Origin: Terriglobia bacterium
GTDB taxonomy: Bacteria; Acidobacteriota; Terriglobia; 20CM-2-55-15
Assembly: GCA_963664115.2 (NCBI GenBank)
Contig: CAXWPJ010000009.1
Location: 320,001 to 384,000 of the forward strand
DNA: 64,000 nucleotides
Direction of reading: 5' to 3'
Below are positions 61,387-64,000 of this stretch, piece by piece. Under the pieces are notes generated by a model. It was not told the origin of the DNA. It searched no databases and worked only from the letters and a program-made list of their open reading frames with translations. The position numbers were made by a program, and so were the translations under genes. Position 1 is the first letter of the stretch. The number at the start of each line of letters is the position of its first letter.

Positions 61387-62682
61387 ATGAAAATTTTGCT
61401 CACGCTTCCGGTTTTTCTGTTCCTGGTTTCGGCCCCCGGAAATAGCCAGCAAACGCCCCTTCCCGAACAGGGTGCGCCCCCGACCAGCTTGACTGAACGG
61501 GACGGATATGTGTCCGCAAACAATGCGCCTCCCTCTACGGAGAGCTTCGAGGTACATGTCGTCGAAGAAGGCGACACCCTCTGGGACATTGCGGGTCGAT
61601 ATCTCAGCAATCCCTTTCTGTGGCCGCAACTCTGGGAAGCCAACGAGCACATCATCAACCCGCATTGGATCTATCCACAGGACTCGATGTTGATCCGGGC
61701 CATCACCCAGATCACGGAGGCGGTCCCACCGCCCGCGCCAGACGCCGGACCTGCGACCGAAGCAGAACCTGAGCCTGTGGCCCAAGTGCGTTTGCCTGCA
61801 ACACCCCAATTGACTTCCGAAGCAACTCTCGAGACACCTCCAGTAATCTTGGCCTTACCGGATCTCCCACCAACTCTTGAGGTCAAAGCTGTCGATCTCT
61901 ACTGTTCGGGCTTCATTACGACTCGCGAGATTTCGCCGGATCTCAATGTAATGGCGAAGTTCCCTGTGACAGAAAGCGTCATTGCCACTGAAGGCGATTA
62001 TGTTTACCTCAGTCGAGGGGCAAATTCAGGAATTACGACGGGAGATCTCTTCACTGCCGTTCGTGCGACACGAAATGTCAGCAGCACGCGTGAAAGCGTG
62101 GGCGAATTGGGACGGCACTACCTGGAAGTCGGCCAGATGCGCGCGGTCATGGTGCAGCCCGAATTCTCGATGGCCCGTGTGCTCCATTCCTGCGATGGCA
62201 TCGAAGTCGGCGATGTGACGGTTTCCTTCGATGAAATAGACTTTCCTGAGCTTCCGTCCGACCGCCCGTTTGATTCGATGATGCCCAGCAGCGGCAAAAT
62301 AACCGGGGCGATAGCAATGTCCCGCGGTACGCTGTCAAACTCCGGATCACCGTTGTTCGGCGGGACGACAGTGGTGCCCGGCGTTAGCGGCGGCCGTCTC
62401 GGAGGGATCGCGGGAGGCGTCGTATCCGAAGGTCAGGTCGTCTACATCGACCTCGGAGATCGGGACGGAATTCAGACTGGGGATCTCTTTTTGATTTACC
62501 GGCCGCTGGACACAAGCTCACCGCTGCATCCCTTACCAGAGGAAGCCGCACGGCTCCTCGCAGGCCAAAGACAAGTCGTTGGAGAACTCGTTGTCCTGAA
62601 GGTAGATGAGCTGTCCGCAGCAGCTCTGATTACTTTCACTTCGGGGGCCGTTTTCTCGGGCGATTCGATCGAACTCCGATAG
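61387..62682 (+). CDS. LysM peptidoglycan-binding protein
   Basis: Signal peptide, HVVEEGDTLWDIA..YL..P.LWP.LW..N..I.NPHWIYP. Confidence 0.88.
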   Translation: MKILLTLPVFLFLVSAPGNSQQTPLPEQGAPPTSLTERDGYVSANNAPPSTESFEVHVVEEGDTLWDIAGRYLSNPFLWPQLWEANEHIINPHWIYPQDSMLIRAITQITEAVPPPAPDAGPATEAEPEPVAQVRLPATPQLTSEATLETPPVILALPDLPPTLEVKAVDLYCSGFITTREISPDLNVMAKFPVTESVIATEGDYVYLSRGANSGITTGDLFTAVRATRNVSSTRESVGELGRHYLEVGQMRAVMVQPEFSMARVLHSCDGIEVGDVTVSFDEIDFPELPSDRPFDSMMPSSGKITGAIAMSRGTLSNSGSPLFGGTTVVPGVSGGRLGGIAGGVVSEGQVVYIDLGDRDGIQTGDLFLIYRPLDTSSPLHPLPEEAARLLAGQRQVVGELVVLKVDELSAAALITFTSGAVFSGDSIELR

Positions 62683-63478
62683 GCAGGGCTAACGGTCCTT
62701 TCCGCAACACACGAATCAGGAAGAATGTCCCGACCAACAACATCGGAAGACTGAGGAGTTGTCCGCGGGTCAAAGGGCCGAGATCCAAGCCGATGTGTGC
62801 ATCGGGAGATCTCACGAACTCCACCATAAACCGGACGAATCCGTAGCCGGATATCAATCCCCAAAGAGCGGCTCCGGGATGGAAAGACCGCCTGTAAATC
62901 CAGCGCACAAATAAAAAGAGAACAAGCCCTTCAAGAAAGGCTTCGTAGAGCTGTGACGGATGGCGCCCCACGTTCCCACCACCGGGGAAAATCATTGCCC
63001 AGGGCAGCGAAGTTTCGCGGCCGTAGAGTTCACCGTTAATGAAGTTTCCGATACGCCCCAATCCCAGACCGATGGGCACGGCAAGCACGATCATGTCCGC
63101 GATTTGCCAGAAATTCCATTGTCTCCGTCTCACGATCAGCACGGTCGCAAGCGTTGTACCGACAAGACCGCCATGGAACGACATACCGCCCTCCCATATC
63201 GCCACGATCGATAGGGGATCCTGGATATAGCTACCGAGGTCGTACATCAGCACGTACCCAAGGCGCGCTCCCAGCATCACGCCCAGGATCCCATAAAACA
63301 GGAGGTCGTAAAGATCATCCTTGGACAACGCCAGCCGACTCTGCCTGGCTGCTCGTTTCATTACGAAATAGGCCGCGATGAACCCCAGCATGTACATCAG
63401 CCCGTACCAACGGAGCTGAAGTGGACCAATCGCGAAAAAAACCGGGTCGATTCCGTGGAACGGGAGTTGAAGCATCAT
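62636..63478 (-). CDS. lgt: Prolipoprotein diacylglyceryl transferase
   Basis: RWYGL, GARLGY, GGMSFHGG, GRIGNFINGEL.GR, HPSQLYE, EFVR. Confidence 0.96.
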   Translation of the reverse strand: MMLQLPFHGIDPVFFAIGPLQLRWYGLMYMLGFIAAYFVMKRAARQSRLALSKDDLYDLLFYGILGVMLGARLGYVLMYDLGSYIQDPLSIVAIWEGGMSFHGGLVGTTLATVLIVRRRQWNFWQIADMIVLAVPIGLGLGRIGNFINGELYGRETSLPWAMIFPGGGNVGRHPSQLYEAFLEGLVLFLFVRWIYRRSFHPGAALWGLISGYGFVRFMVEFVRSPDAHIGLDLGPLTRGQLLSLPMLLVGTFFLIRVLRKGPLALPIGVRSNRPRKRPPK

Positions 63479-64000
63479 CGGGGGGTTATACCTTCCGAGA
63501 AAACCGACGCGTCAAAAGCAAAAATCTGGGCCCCCGCCTTCCAGGCCTCGGGCGGAAGACCCGCCTTCTCGCAGGTCTGGGAGAGAAATTCAGAACGGTC
63601 CCAGCCGCATTGCACAGCCACCTGCGGAAGCAAGAGGCCTCTCTTACCATCTCTTTCGACCAACAACCCGTGTCGACCCACTTCAAGTTGATCGAAGGAC
63701 ACGACCTTTTCGAGAACCGACAATACGGAAATCTCGAACGACAAGGACTCGAGTTCTTCGATCATCACCGGCGCAAATCGCGAGTCAGACACTGCCGCCG
63801 ACACGGCACATTCCGCAGTCGTTTGATACAGTGGGCTTTCGGCCTCGATACGCCCGATGCAGCCACGGAGTTGGGCCTCGCGATGTATCGAAACGAACAC
63901 ACCGCACGGTACGCTCAAAGAATCGGAAGTAATTTCGGGTCTCCGGAAGGAGGCCTCCTCCAGATGGGAACGCACGGCTCCACGCGCGATACTGAGCAGT
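63475..64000 (-). CDS. AMMECR1 / AmmeMemoRadiSam protein A (5' end outside window)
   Basis: GVFVS, LRGCIG, D.RF, EISVL, GLLLPQV, KAG motifs. Confidence 0.88.
   Translation of the reverse strand, partial: LLSIARGAVRSHLEEASFRRPEITSDSLSVPCGVFVSIHREAQLRGCIGRIEAESPLYQTTAECAVSAAVSDSRFAPVMIEELESLSFEISVLSVLEKVVSFDQLEVGRHGLLVERDGKRGLLLPQVAVQCGWDRSEFLSQTCEKAGLPPEAWKAGAQIFAFDASVFSEGITPR

Noticed and set aside
62636-62682. 47-bp convergent overlap of lgt and the LysM gene
   Set aside because: Most simply a stop-codon drift extending the lgt tail, which is common.

Overview
A ~58-60% GC chromosomal window (GC estimated by eye), probably from an Acidobacteriota-like diderm bacterium (inferred from gene content). 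Left end: a sigma70-like promoter precedes a highly structured ~260-nt leader. The leader contains a complete non-canonical tRNA cloverleaf with a Ser GCU anticodon on a short-arm, tRNA-Arg-like body and a swapped C19:G56 tertiary pair. It lies directly upstream of an IS1-family transposase that is split by an intact IS256. Next come a DHH phosphoesterase, dtd, and a respiratory cluster: HEAT protein, Rieske, split b6-like cytochrome b, subunit IV-like protein, 8-heme cytochrome c, cupredoxin-like lipoprotein, a MITE, ctaA, ctaB, an ABC exporter, SCO and DUF420, with no oxidase structural genes. These are followed by an M14 peptidase, dciA-gatC-gatA-skp, a small decayed patch, tamB, a tamA/Omp85 gene cut by IS1380, rpmB, a PPIase, a Fec/Btu-type ABC pair and a canonical tRNA-Ser(GCT). 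A ~22-kb minus-strand run follows: cysK-aroDE-thrB-asd-his-trp-ugd-uxs-galE. The window ends with a candidate rod-like ncRNA, a LysM protein, lgt and a partial AMMECR1 gene. All calls come from reading motifs by eye; no database searches were run.
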